Shown here piece by piece: positions 18,331 to 27,524 of a DNA stretch of 64,000 bases (the first letter of the stretch is position 1; the number at the start of each line of letters is the position of its first letter). This DNA is from an uncultured Candidatus Saccharibacteria bacterium. GTDB taxonomy: Bacteria; Patescibacteriota; Saccharimonadia; Saccharimonadales; UBA4665. The notes under the pieces are model-generated. The model saw only the letters and a list, made by a program, of their open reading frames with translations. It was not told the origin of the DNA and did not search any database. The stretch lies in assembly GCA_964494765.1 (NCBI GenBank), contig CAZBRP010000008.1:4069-68068 (forward strand), given 5' to 3'. The position numbers and the translations under genes are program-made.

Positions 18331-19524
18331 ATGCTTGTAAGGTACAGCGCGACTGATTATGATGAGAACAGAATGGAAAATCTACAACAAAACTCAACGC
18401 CAAATCAGAATAGTTCGTACCCATCTCAGCCGCTAACATGGCAACCGCAGCCCTATGACACCTCTGTTGGTCCGCATAAAAAGAAGCCAAAATTTAAGTC
18501 AGTAGGCATTGCTTTGCTTGTGTTTGTGCTGGTAGCAAGTGCTATTGGCGTGCTGGTGTATATGCGCTTTTTTACCACTCCAAAGGCGGACTACACGGGG
18601 GCCACTCATGCTGTACAGAAGTCAATGCAGGTTAACGGCAGGGTCACTGATAGCGATTTGCAGGCTATTGATAAGACTGATCTGTTTTTGGCGGGTATGT
18701 ATGCTGCCAGCCGCCAGCCGATTCAGCACCTTATAAGCGCCCACGATAGCTTGGAGTCGGCCAAGGGCTTTAAGGGTAAAGAGCAATATCCAAAGCACCT
18801 GTTTGATGCAACATTTAACTACAGCAGCAAGGAGTTAAACTTAACGCATCAAGTATTGGCGGTGGCTAACGATCCTACACTGTCATTTAACCGCTGCGTA
18901 GATGGCCAACAGTACAGTTTTTATGACATTAAGGTGCGTAACAATGTTACTTGGCAATCCGATGGTAAAGATAATGACTATTGCGATACCAGCGAAACTG
19001 GCGCGCGTCTGGGCATAAATGACGGTCTTAATAGTGGCGGTCTTAACCAAGAGCAAGCCGATCGCTTTATCCAGAGTATTTTTAAGCAAACAGGCTTAGT
19101 GCAAGTGGGCGATGTGAGCTTAACTACTCGTGATAGTAAGCAATATATAAAGATTAAGGCGCAGATTGTGCCGGTAAAAAAGCTTATCGATGGCAAAACG
19201 TCGTATCATGGCACGCAAGCCTTAACGTGGGCTTTTAATGACACCGGGCTGGATTCTTTGCAGCACCCGTATTCTATATATGGCATTAACTCGGCAAGTA
19301 TGACTATCACCGAATATCTTGATCCAGCTACCATGCTGCCGGCTTATGCTGAATATGTAAAAGACACTGGCCTAGAAAACAACGGCAAAGCGCGTGCTAC
19401 CTCTGTAGATAACACCTATGATTTGCATCGAGTTCAGTACGATTTTGGCGGTAATGTATCGCGTGGCTCGGTAGATGCGGCGCCAACGCCAATCCTGTTA
19501 TCGTGGCCGGCAGAAAAACGTTAG
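18331..19524 (+). CDS. Hypothetical single-pass membrane protein (paralog of 19734..21149)
   Basis: Gln/Pro-rich N-terminus, TM IALLVFVLVASAIGVLVYM, and an extracytoplasmic domain sharing C(V/I)DGQQY(S/T)F, NDG(L/V)N(S/A)GGL and HPY...Y(L/V)DP(A/T)T(M/Q)LP(A/V)YA(E/Q) with the downstream gene. The start may be Met at 18373. Confidence 0.7.
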   Translation: MLVRYSATDYDENRMENLQQNSTPNQNSSYPSQPLTWQPQPYDTSVGPHKKKPKFKSVGIALLVFVLVASAIGVLVYMRFFTTPKADYTGATHAVQKSMQVNGRVTDSDLQAIDKTDLFLAGMYAASRQPIQHLISAHDSLESAKGFKGKEQYPKHLFDATFNYSSKELNLTHQVLAVANDPTLSFNRCVDGQQYSFYDIKVRNNVTWQSDGKDNDYCDTSETGARLGINDGLNSGGLNQEQADRFIQSIFKQTGLVQVGDVSLTTRDSKQYIKIKAQIVPVKKLIDGKTSYHGTQALTWAFNDTGLDSLQHPYSIYGINSASMTITEYLDPATMLPAYAEYVKDTGLENNGKARATSVDNTYDLHRVQYDFGGNVSRGSVDAAPTPILLSWPAEKR

Positions 19525-19571
19525 AAACATCTGTTAATATCGCGTGGTATACCGTATAATACTACGGTATT

Positions 19572-19645
19572 GGCGCCGTGGCGGAGTGGTTACGCAGAGG
19601 TCTGCAAAACCTTGTACACCGGTTCAAGTCCGGTCGGTGCCTCCA
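19572..19645 (+). tRNA. tRNA-Cys (anticodon GCA), CCA encoded
   Basis: GGCGCCG acceptor, anticodon loop CTGCAAA, canonical T arm ACCGG-TTCAAGT-CCGGT, 3' CGGTGCC-T-CCA. Confidence 0.9.
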
Positions 19646-19733
19646 ATGAATACGAGCGAATAGTTCACCGAGGGTGGGCTATTTTTGCGTTTATATCTGA
19701 TATACTAAGGATAAAGCTAAGAGCTATTGCACT

Positions 19734-21149
19734 ATGGACCCTAATTCAATAAACAATTCAAACCCTCAAAATAATCCTCAATTACCAAAAACGGAAGAGC
19801 TATTCGCGCCGCGCTACGCTACTCCTAACCAGCCGCAGCCGCATGGTTTTTCGTGGCAGCAAAATGAAGCTGCCCAGATTCAACAGCCCACGCAAACTGG
19901 CCAAGCGCCGCAGCAAGTAGCGCCAGGTGCTCCAGCGCCAGGCATGCCTGCAGGCCCTATGAGTCAGTTGCCACCCATGCCAGGTCAGGCTGGCCAATGG
20001 CAACCACGCCCATTGTCGCAAGCTGGCCAGGCACCAAATGCTACAGTAAATACCCCAGGAATGCCGCCGCAGTATGGTGAACCTATGGCTGAATTACCTC
20101 CACTTAACAGTGGTGCTCCAGGCCAAAAACCCCAGCACAAGTCGCGCCAAAAGCACAAGGTGGTTCTTATTAGTCTAGCGGCAATTGTTGGCCTAGCTTT
20201 GCTAACTGTTATAGCGCTTTTGGTGGTTTCAATCCTCAATGCCGACAAGAATAAGACGCCAAGCGTGCCTGCCGTAAGCTACATTAGCGACAAAATCGAT
20301 GAATTAGCCAAGAACAAGCAGGTAGATGTTGAGCACGTGCAGCAACTCGATAAAACTGCCGCTTTTTACACAGTATTTAAAAAAGCTTCTCAGCAGCCAA
20401 CAGCTCACACCAGGTGGAGCGTATATTACTCAACTACCGAGCAAGAAAAGCGCGCCGACCAGTTTACGATGTATGACGTATCTGTAGATTATCGCAGCAA
20501 GGCCTACGCCTATGCTGAGGATTCTAACAGTGTAATTGGTGTTATCCAGAGCCGCTGTATCGATGGCCAACAATATACTTTTAACGGCAGTAAATTGTCT
20601 GGTGGTAGCGGTTGGCAGCCTGCCAGCGATAGCTCTACTTGTAAGTTTGGTGTGGTAGCTACACGTATGAACGACGGCGTAAACGCTGGTGGACTAACAG
20701 ATGGCCAAGCTAATACATTTGTACAAAAGCTTAATGCTAGCCAGGTTGTGCATGTTAACGGTGTAACAGTCGAAACCGTTAAAGACGTGCCATACATGAA
20801 GTTTGACGTGAGCGTTACGCCGCGCCAAGCAGCCCAGGGTATTTACTGGGGTATGCAGAACTTTATGACGGCTTTCCAGGCTACTGGCCTAAGTCCACAA
20901 ACTCACCCATACACCTACTTTGGTACAGGCAACGAAGGCTTGCACCTTATTTATTACGTAGATCCAACTACGCAATTACCGGTATATGCGCAAATGACTT
21001 CAACGCCCGCCTACAACCAGATGGGCAAGCCAGTTACACCTGATAGCTGGAGCCATCGCTTTATTGAATATGAATTCCCAAGCAGCATTTCGCAGCCAAC
21101 GCTTAACGACAATGCAGCTATTGGCTTTAAGGCTTGGTCCGACCGCTAA
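19734..21149 (+). CDS. Hypothetical single-pass membrane protein with a long Pro/Gln-rich N-terminus (paralog of 18331..19524)
   Basis: 471 aa, TM VVLISLAAIVGLALLTVIALLVVSIL. The conserved C-terminal domain is shared with the upstream paralog. Confidence 0.75.
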   Translation: MDPNSINNSNPQNNPQLPKTEELFAPRYATPNQPQPHGFSWQQNEAAQIQQPTQTGQAPQQVAPGAPAPGMPAGPMSQLPPMPGQAGQWQPRPLSQAGQAPNATVNTPGMPPQYGEPMAELPPLNSGAPGQKPQHKSRQKHKVVLISLAAIVGLALLTVIALLVVSILNADKNKTPSVPAVSYISDKIDELAKNKQVDVEHVQQLDKTAAFYTVFKKASQQPTAHTRWSVYYSTTEQEKRADQFTMYDVSVDYRSKAYAYAEDSNSVIGVIQSRCIDGQQYTFNGSKLSGGSGWQPASDSSTCKFGVVATRMNDGVNAGGLTDGQANTFVQKLNASQVVHVNGVTVETVKDVPYMKFDVSVTPRQAAQGIYWGMQNFMTAFQATGLSPQTHPYTYFGTGNEGLHLIYYVDPTTQLPVYAQMTSTPAYNQMGKPVTPDSWSHRFIEYEFPSSISQPTLNDNAAIGFKAWSDR

Positions 21150-21171
21150 GGACTAGTAGTTTTAGCAATAT

Positions 21172-21200
21172 AAAAGACCGGCATGCAAGCCGGTCTTTTT
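21172..21200 (+). terminator. Rho-independent terminator
   Basis: Stem aaaagaccggc/gccggtctttt with a 6-nt loop and a T-run. Confidence 0.7.
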
Positions 21201-21285
21201 AAGTAATTTGAGTCCGGAGAGGAATCGTTTAATTTAATCATCTTCGCAGCAAGCGCTCCAGACTCAGATTCCCGCTTGATTTAAC

Positions 21286-21328
21286 CCATCTAAAAAGAGC
21301 CAACGCAAGGTTGACTCTTTTTAGATGG
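21286..21328 (-). terminator. Long hairpin immediately 3' of tRNA-Leu (its stem includes the encoded CCA)
   Basis: Perfect 14-bp stem ccatctaaaaagag/ctctttttagatgg, with an inner caac/gttg stem in the loop. Confidence 0.55.
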
Positions 21329-21412
21329 TGGGCGAGGAGGGACTCGAACCCTCAAGGCTGTAAGGCCAGCGGATTTTAAGTCCACCGCGTATACCAATTC
21401 CGCCACTCGCCC
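21326..21412 (-). tRNA. tRNA-Leu (anticodon UAA), long variable arm, CCA encoded
   Basis: Reverse complement is GGGCGAG...GTGGA-CTTAAAA-TCCGC...GAGGG-TTCGAGT-CCCTC-CTCGCCC-A-CCA, 87 nt. Confidence 0.9.
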
Positions 21413-21497
21413 TAAAATGTTACCTGGCTATTGTACCAGATCGACCCCTAAAAGAAAACGTCTTTACAGCGCTCAAGACAAAATACATACTAAGCGT

Positions 21498-22361
21498 ATG
21501 CGTAATAATTCAGCCACCGAAAGAGTAACCGAACTACACCAACAATATTTGGCATTTGGCGAGCAGCAGCCACCTTACGAAGCACTTGTTGACCTCCGAC
21601 ACGGCATACTAGGCGCAGATGGATTAACAACTAGCAGAGAGCATTCCCTGTACGGGCAGATTTGCTTAGAAATGGCCACCATTTTAGGCGACCCAGCGGA
21701 GTGCGATGCGCTCCTGGACTCTAGCGAGCAATGCTTTAAAGAAGCGGTTAGCCTTGGCGATCCCAAGAAGCATAGCAGTGCAGACTTATTTTTGGCGCAT
21801 CTACCAAAGTATAGGGCGCAGCTGGCAGAGGGTCGAAATCCTGGTATGGAAGAGGAAAAGCTGACTCTAGATAGCTTGAGGCAGTTAGCTGGTAGGATAG
21901 AGTTGAATTTTGGTTGGAGAACTGCTGATTTCGTCGAGCGCCAAGAACTTGCATGCCATATTGTTTTAGGCCGCACCAACTTACGGAGCGGCGAGATACT
22001 TGCATCATCTTGGCCAGCCTTAACGCGCCAGCGCCAAGGTAGCTGGACAGTGGCAGCTAGCAAGCGTGGTTTTTTGGGCCAGAACTTTATGCGGCTCAAC
22101 ACTGCAGGCGGTGAGCCTTTACCCAAGACTACGATTAAGCAAGTGCAAGTAAGAGCCCAACGCGGCGGTGATATGTCGATGGCTTTTTTGCAGCTTGTGC
22201 GCCTTGAGCATGAGTTGCAGCAGAATCTAGCCGATCCAGTGCATGGCCAGCAAAATCGCAGTGAGCTTGCCGAACGCAGTTTGCAGCTAGATAAGCTAAG
22301 TAAGCGAGCTTTATATCGTATGGGAATAAGCTACAAGGGTCTAAGTACAGGAGGCGAATAA
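21498..22361 (+). CDS. Hypothetical protein (tandem paralog 1)
   Basis: The ORF track starts at 21417, 5 nt from the tRNA-Leu 5' end; the internal ATG at 21498 is more plausible. Shares SWP(A/S)(L/F)(T/L)RQ...(S/A)S(K/R)RGF and N-terminal (H/R)(Q/A)QY(L/V)..G blocks with the next gene. Confidence 0.55.
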   Translation: MRNNSATERVTELHQQYLAFGEQQPPYEALVDLRHGILGADGLTTSREHSLYGQICLEMATILGDPAECDALLDSSEQCFKEAVSLGDPKKHSSADLFLAHLPKYRAQLAEGRNPGMEEEKLTLDSLRQLAGRIELNFGWRTADFVERQELACHIVLGRTNLRSGEILASSWPALTRQRQGSWTVAASKRGFLGQNFMRLNTAGGEPLPKTTIKQVQVRAQRGGDMSMAFLQLVRLEHELQQNLADPVHGQQNRSELAERSLQLDKLSKRALYRMGISYKGLSTGGE

Positions 22362-23272
22362 TGACAGAAATACCACACGAACACCACCAGGCAGACCACC
22401 AGCGTATTGGGGAGCTGCGGGCGCAGTACGTGCAGCTTGGCACCGAATTGCCGGAGGGCGAGGGGCTTAGGGGGTTTTGGGCCGAGCTACGTGAGATAGC
22501 TACCGGGGACTCTAAGCCATCGCTGCTGCTTGGGTCTCATGTTGCGCTTGACCTAGCGCACTCCACGCTAACTGAGCCGTCTGAAGCACGTGCGCTCACG
22601 CACCGCGTGCGCAATTATTTGCAGGATTGGTCAGATGTGCCGATTACACCCCAAGAAGCTCACTCAGCGGATGCACTGCGCTTCCAGTTGGTGCGAGCAT
22701 TTTTGGGCAAGCAGTTTGTTCTGTTTGATCACGAACACAAGAAGCCAGAAAGAGTCCAGATGGCTGAGCGGCGAGTGGTTGATAAGCTTAGGGATAATAT
22801 TCGACACCCTAATTTTTGGGATACTATGCATCGTCCAGCGGACGGGCCTGTCCAACTTACTGCTGCTCATCAGGCGTCGGTGACTCATTTGTTGGTGGCT
22901 CGCTATTCTATGAAAAGCGAGCATGCCAGGGTGCACTCTTGGCCGTCCTTTTTGCGCCAAGAAAAAGCCTCAGCCGGCTGGGATTTATCGGTGAGCAGCC
23001 GAGGTTTTTATGCCAAAGATGCAGTAAAAGTTAAATTCGCCGAGCAGACATCGCCTGAGCCAATAGATGGTGTACGACACGTCTCGACCGGTGATTGGGG
23101 CATGCCACTCGACCGCGTGGCAGGCATGTTGGCTCATGAGGCTAAAGTGCTTCTTAATTTAGAGGCCCTACGCCGAGCACCAGCTAACGAACGTACTAAG
23201 TTTAGTAATTTGCAGGGTGCACTCGATACTTATAGTAAAGGCGTGTTAGCACACCTAGGTGTTTTATCGTAA
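22361..23272 (+). CDS. Hypothetical protein (tandem paralog 2)
   Basis: 303 aa. The start overlaps the previous stop (TAATG). Collinear similarity to 21498..22361. Confidence 0.6.
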   Translation: MTEIPHEHHQADHQRIGELRAQYVQLGTELPEGEGLRGFWAELREIATGDSKPSLLLGSHVALDLAHSTLTEPSEARALTHRVRNYLQDWSDVPITPQEAHSADALRFQLVRAFLGKQFVLFDHEHKKPERVQMAERRVVDKLRDNIRHPNFWDTMHRPADGPVQLTAAHQASVTHLLVARYSMKSEHARVHSWPSFLRQEKASAGWDLSVSSRGFYAKDAVKVKFAEQTSPEPIDGVRHVSTGDWGMPLDRVAGMLAHEAKVLLNLEALRRAPANERTKFSNLQGALDTYSKGVLAHLGVLS

Positions 23273-23461
23273 ATGTACCGCTTTTTGGCAATATGGGCCA
23301 TATTCTGGCCTAAAACAGATAAAAAGTATATAATTGCTACCATGATCGTAGGAATAACACTCCCTACCGCTGCCAAAATGCACCTCATGCCCCCGCGGGC
23401 ATAGTTTTCTCTCCTCTATATTTATGTATAAAGATTTCCGTTAAACAGGTAGACTGTAAGT

Positions 23462-24928
23462 ATGAATTATTTTGTAACCACCTCAATTCCGTATGCCAAT
23501 GGCGAGCCACATGTTGGCCATGCGATGGAATTTATCATGGCCGACGTGCTGGCGCGCCAAGCCCGTAAAGATGGCAAGACCACGATTTTCTCGACTGGTA
23601 GCGATGAGCATGGCTCTAAAATTGCCGAAAAGGCAGAATCCTTAGGTATTACACCCCAGGAATTGGCTAATCAGATGAGTGATCGTTTTCGCATACTAGC
23701 CCAAGATCTCAACATCAGTAACGATCGTTTTATCCGCACAACCGATAAGCCACACGAGCAACGTGCTCAACTTATTTGGAAGGCGCTCGAACACGACATT
23801 TATAAAGACACTTACACTGGCTGGTATGATGTTACGCAAGAAGAATTTGTTCCTGAGTCTAAGGCAGATCCTGCACGCATGCAGCCAGACCACCCTAAGG
23901 CTTATCGTAAAATCCAAGAAGAGAACTACTTTTTTCGTCTGAGTAACTACACAGCCCAAATTAAAGAAGCTATCGAGAGCGGTGCTTTTAAGGTTGTTCC
24001 CGAAACACGCCGTAATGAGATTTTAGCCGTGCTTACTGAGGGCCTGGACGATATTAGTATTTCTCGCCCTAAAGACAAGTTAGAGTGGGGTATTGCCGTG
24101 CCTGGTGATTCAAATCAGGTGATGTATGTGTGGTTTGAGGCTTTGATGAACTATATTACGGTGCTTGGCTACCCAGAGCATGACGACTTTAAGCAGTTTT
24201 GGCCTGCTCATACGCAAGTAATTGGCAAGGATATTATTCGTTTCCACGCCGCTATTTGGCCGGGTATGCTGCTGTCGCTTAACCTACCACTGCCTAAGCA
24301 GCTGTATGTTCACGGTTTTATTAACATGAACGGCGAAAAGATGAGCAAGTCTGTGGGCAATGTGGTGGCCCCGCACGAAATTATCAATAAGTATGGCCCA
24401 GACGCTTTCCGTTATTACTTTTTGCGCCATATTCCAAGCTATAACGACGGCGACTTCAGCTGGGATACCTTTGAGGCTGCATATAACAACGAGCTAGCTA
24501 ACGAGCTGGGCAATGCCGTGCAGCGTACTGCAGCCATGATTATGAAGTACCAAAATGGTATTATTGGCGATATACCTGTGGCCTCACACGATAGTGAGCC
24601 TATTACAAGAGCTATCCAGGAGTGTCGATTTGACCGTGCCCTTGATGAAATTTGGGACCAAGTACGTGGCCTCAACCAATATATTGACGAAACAAAGCCA
24701 TGGGCTATTGCTAAAACCGACGACGAAGAGCATTTGCAGGAAGTTTTAGCCTATCAAGCTGGTTGCTTGATAGAAGTCGCTGACTTACTCGAGCCATTTT
24801 TGCCAGACACAGCTGCCAAAATTAAGGCTGTTTTTGAAGAGGGCGTTGTGCGTCCAATCCAGGGCACGCTATTCCCTAAGCACGAAACCCCAGAAGACCA
24901 ACAAGCTCAACAACCCCAGAAAGCGTAG
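23462..24928 (+). CDS. metG: Methionyl-tRNA synthetase (short form, no C-terminal tRNA-binding appendix)
   Basis: HIGH motif PHVGH and KMSKS present. 488 aa. Confidence 0.95.
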   Translation: MNYFVTTSIPYANGEPHVGHAMEFIMADVLARQARKDGKTTIFSTGSDEHGSKIAEKAESLGITPQELANQMSDRFRILAQDLNISNDRFIRTTDKPHEQRAQLIWKALEHDIYKDTYTGWYDVTQEEFVPESKADPARMQPDHPKAYRKIQEENYFFRLSNYTAQIKEAIESGAFKVVPETRRNEILAVLTEGLDDISISRPKDKLEWGIAVPGDSNQVMYVWFEALMNYITVLGYPEHDDFKQFWPAHTQVIGKDIIRFHAAIWPGMLLSLNLPLPKQLYVHGFINMNGEKMSKSVGNVVAPHEIINKYGPDAFRYYFLRHIPSYNDGDFSWDTFEAAYNNELANELGNAVQRTAAMIMKYQNGIIGDIPVASHDSEPITRAIQECRFDRALDEIWDQVRGLNQYIDETKPWAIAKTDDEEHLQEVLAYQAGCLIEVADLLEPFLPDTAAKIKAVFEEGVVRPIQGTLFPKHETPEDQQAQQPQKA

Positions 24929-24933
24929 GAGAT

Positions 24934-25749
24934 ATGCAACTCGTTGATACTCATTGTCACATCCAAGAATCTGACAAACTTTTAAAGACGAATGACGAAA
25001 CTCGTAAACGCTGGGAGAAAGCCGGCTTTCCTACGGCTCAAAAGTTGATTGACGACGCTGCAAAAGCAGACGTCACACGCATGATTTGCGTTGGCTGTAG
25101 CCTGGACGATAGCAAAAGAGCGGTGGAGTTAGCGCCAAAGCATGATGAGCTGCTGGTATCAATCGGTATTCATCCACACGAGGCTCAAGGACACATTGAA
25201 AGCCCACAGTGCTTGGCTGATTTTAGCGCTTTGGCCACGCGGCCTAAAGTGGTTGCGGTGGGTGAGTGCGGTTTGGACTATTATTACCAGCATTCACCCA
25301 AAGAAGCGCAAGAAAAAATACTACGTTTCCAGATTGAGCTGGCACTTAAATATGATTTGCCACTAATTTTTCATGTGCGTGATGCCTTTGATGACTTTTG
25401 GGCTATTTTTGACGAATATGAAGGTATTCGCGGAGTGATCCATAGCTTTAGCGCTGGCACTAAAGAACTTGATCAGATTTTGGCTCGTGGGCTGCATGTG
25501 GGCCTTAACGGCATTATGACCTTTAGTAAAAATGCCGACCAGTTGGCTGCCGCCAAAGCAGTGCCGCTCAGCCATTTACTTCTTGAAACCGATGCGCCAT
25601 TCTTGACACCTGCACCTTATCGTGGTACTATTTGTGAGCCAAAGCATGTGCGAGTTACGGCTGAATTTTTAGCCGAATTGCGCGGTGAGACCGTAACGGA
25701 TATCGCCAAAGCCACCACGCATAACGCGCAGATGCTCTTTGATTTTTAA
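24934..25749 (+). CDS. tatD: TatD-family metal-dependent hydrolase/DNase
   Basis: VDTHCHI, GECGLDY and LETDAPFL motifs. Confidence 0.9.
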   Translation: MQLVDTHCHIQESDKLLKTNDETRKRWEKAGFPTAQKLIDDAAKADVTRMICVGCSLDDSKRAVELAPKHDELLVSIGIHPHEAQGHIESPQCLADFSALATRPKVVAVGECGLDYYYQHSPKEAQEKILRFQIELALKYDLPLIFHVRDAFDDFWAIFDEYEGIRGVIHSFSAGTKELDQILARGLHVGLNGIMTFSKNADQLAAAKAVPLSHLLLETDAPFLTPAPYRGTICEPKHVRVTAEFLAELRGETVTDIAKATTHNAQMLFDF

Positions 25750-25758
25750 CGAGGTAGT

Positions 25759-26004
25759 ATGAATCTTTTCGCACGTAACACCGGCCGCGAGTCAATTAAG
25801 CAAGCCCAAACGGTTGAACCACATACCGCCCGCCGCGCCGTACGCTACGCCGCCGCCGACAATGCACAAGCTGCCTTGCAGCGTCAATTTCCAGGCGCAT
25901 CCTTTGTGATGAGCCATGCGGCTATGCCCGCGCAGCCAGTGGGCAAGCAAGCTATGCAAACTAATGTAGTTGGAGTCCAGGATGACTTTACTCAAGCTGC
26001 TTAG
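25759..26004 (+). CDS. Small hypothetical protein
   Basis: 81-aa ORF in the operon gap with no motif. Overlaps the next ORF by 35 nt. Confidence 0.3.
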   Translation: MNLFARNTGRESIKQAQTVEPHTARRAVRYAAADNAQAALQRQFPGASFVMSHAAMPAQPVGKQAMQTNVVGVQDDFTQAA

Positions 26005-26347
26005 CAACACACAGCAAGACGAAGAGCGTCGCCAAGAGGCATATCGTAATCTTATTCGTAATGAAGCTAAAATTGGTGGCGGTTTATTTGGCCCTGTGTC
26101 TCATAATGGTCGCCGTGAATTCTTTTGCCTCGACGAATCCACCTGGGTTTGGCACGAAGAATGGACTGACGCCGAGGGCCGCAAACACTCTGTGACAACC
26201 CGTTACGACGTTCGCCCTAACGGTATCCTTAAGGCTCAAGACCAGCAGCCATACCAATACATTGGTCTTGATGAGGCTCGTCGCTTATTCCAGGCTGTTT
26301 CGATGTACAACAAGCAGATTGATGCTGAACTGTACGCCGTAGCCTAA
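25970..26347 (+). CDS. Hypothetical protein
   Basis: 125-aa ORF with plausible globular composition (GGLFGPVSHNGRREFFCLDESTWVWHEEW). The start could be ATG 25982. Confidence 0.5.
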   Translation: MESRMTLLKLLSNTQQDEERRQEAYRNLIRNEAKIGGGLFGPVSHNGRREFFCLDESTWVWHEEWTDAEGRKHSVTTRYDVRPNGILKAQDQQPYQYIGLDEARRLFQAVSMYNKQIDAELYAVA

Positions 26348-26352
26348 AACGC

Positions 26353-26358
26353 TATACT
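26353..26358 (+). promoter_or_regulatory. -10 box TATACT 7 nt upstream of ATG 26366
   Basis: gcTATACTagtacgtATG. Confidence 0.4.
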
Positions 26359-26365
26359 AGTACGT

Positions 26366-27502
26366 ATGAACACGATCTACCTAGATTACGCCGCTGCAAC
26401 ACCGATGGATAAATCGGTGTTTGTTGCTATGCAGCCATATTTTACTGAACGGTTTTACAATCCTTCAGCCACCTACTTGGCTGCGCAAGCGGTGCGTAAA
26501 GACCTAGAGGCCGCTCGCGCTAAAGTGGCCCACTGGCTGGGCGCCCGCCCGAGTGAGATCATTTTTACAGCTGGCACAACCGAAGCTAATAATTTGGCAA
26601 TCAACGGTGTTATGCATCAGTATCCTAACGCCAAGATTGTGGTAAGTAGCATCGAGCACGAGTCGGTGTTGGCTCCAGCTCATCAGTATGACTATACAGA
26701 GACGCCCGTTACAAAAACCGGGATTGTTGAACCGGAGGCTGTAGGCCAGACCATTGACGACCAGACGGTACTAGTGAGCGTGATGTATGCCAATAATGAA
26801 GTGGGCACCATTCAGCAAATCCATAAAATGGGCCAGCTGGTGGCTGACATTCGCCGCGATCGACGAGCTCGTGGTGTTACTTTGCCGTTATATTTGCACA
26901 CCGACGCTGCCCAAGCAGCTAACTATTTAGATTTGCACGTTGCACGGTTAGGAGTCGATTTTATGACCATAAACGGCGGTAAAATCTATGGTCCCAAACA
27001 AGCTGGTGTGCTGTACGTTAATGCGCATGCACGCTTACAGCCTCAAATTAAGGGCGGCGGGCAAGAACGTGGCCTGCGTAGCGGCACCGAGAATATTGCG
27101 GGTGCTATTGGCCTAAGCGTGGCCCTAGATATGGTGCAGACAGATCGCCACCAGGAAGCAGCACGTTTACAGGCGCTCCAGAAATACTTTATTGGGTTAC
27201 TTGCACAAGCTATTCCGAGCGCTATTTTAAATGGTTCTCGCAATCATCGTTTGCCAAATAACGTGCATATTACGATTCCCGGCCAAGACAACGAGCGCAT
27301 CTTGATGGCCTTAGACGAAGCCGGTATTTTATGCGCCGCTGGATCGGCTTGCAGTGCGAGTAACGAAGAGCCATCGCATGTTTTGCGTGCTATGGGTTTG
27401 AGCGATGCTGATGCCCAGGCTAGCTTGCGGTTTACTTTTGGGCGGCAAACGACTAAAGACGAGTTGACTCGCACTGTCGAAGTTTTGGCTTCTTTGATCT
27501 AG
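26366..27502 (+). CDS. Cysteine desulfurase (class V aminotransferase, NifS/IscS family)
   Basis: PLP-lysine region INGGKIYGPKQAG, LRSGTEN, and active-site Cys loop AAGSACSA. Confidence 0.9.
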   Translation: MNTIYLDYAAATPMDKSVFVAMQPYFTERFYNPSATYLAAQAVRKDLEAARAKVAHWLGARPSEIIFTAGTTEANNLAINGVMHQYPNAKIVVSSIEHESVLAPAHQYDYTETPVTKTGIVEPEAVGQTIDDQTVLVSVMYANNEVGTIQQIHKMGQLVADIRRDRRARGVTLPLYLHTDAAQAANYLDLHVARLGVDFMTINGGKIYGPKQAGVLYVNAHARLQPQIKGGGQERGLRSGTENIAGAIGLSVALDMVQTDRHQEAARLQALQKYFIGLLAQAIPSAILNGSRNHRLPNNVHITIPGQDNERILMALDEAGILCAAGSACSASNEEPSHVLRAMGLSDADAQASLRFTFGRQTTKDELTRTVEVLASLI

Positions 27503-27524
27503 CCCAAGCAGGGCGGGATTGTTG

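Noticed and set aside
21575-22126. 183-aa minus-strand ORF (also 21748..22008 and 22135..22443)
   Set aside because: It is antisense to the paralog pair. The forward frames are supported by collinear paralogy and the reverse ones are not.
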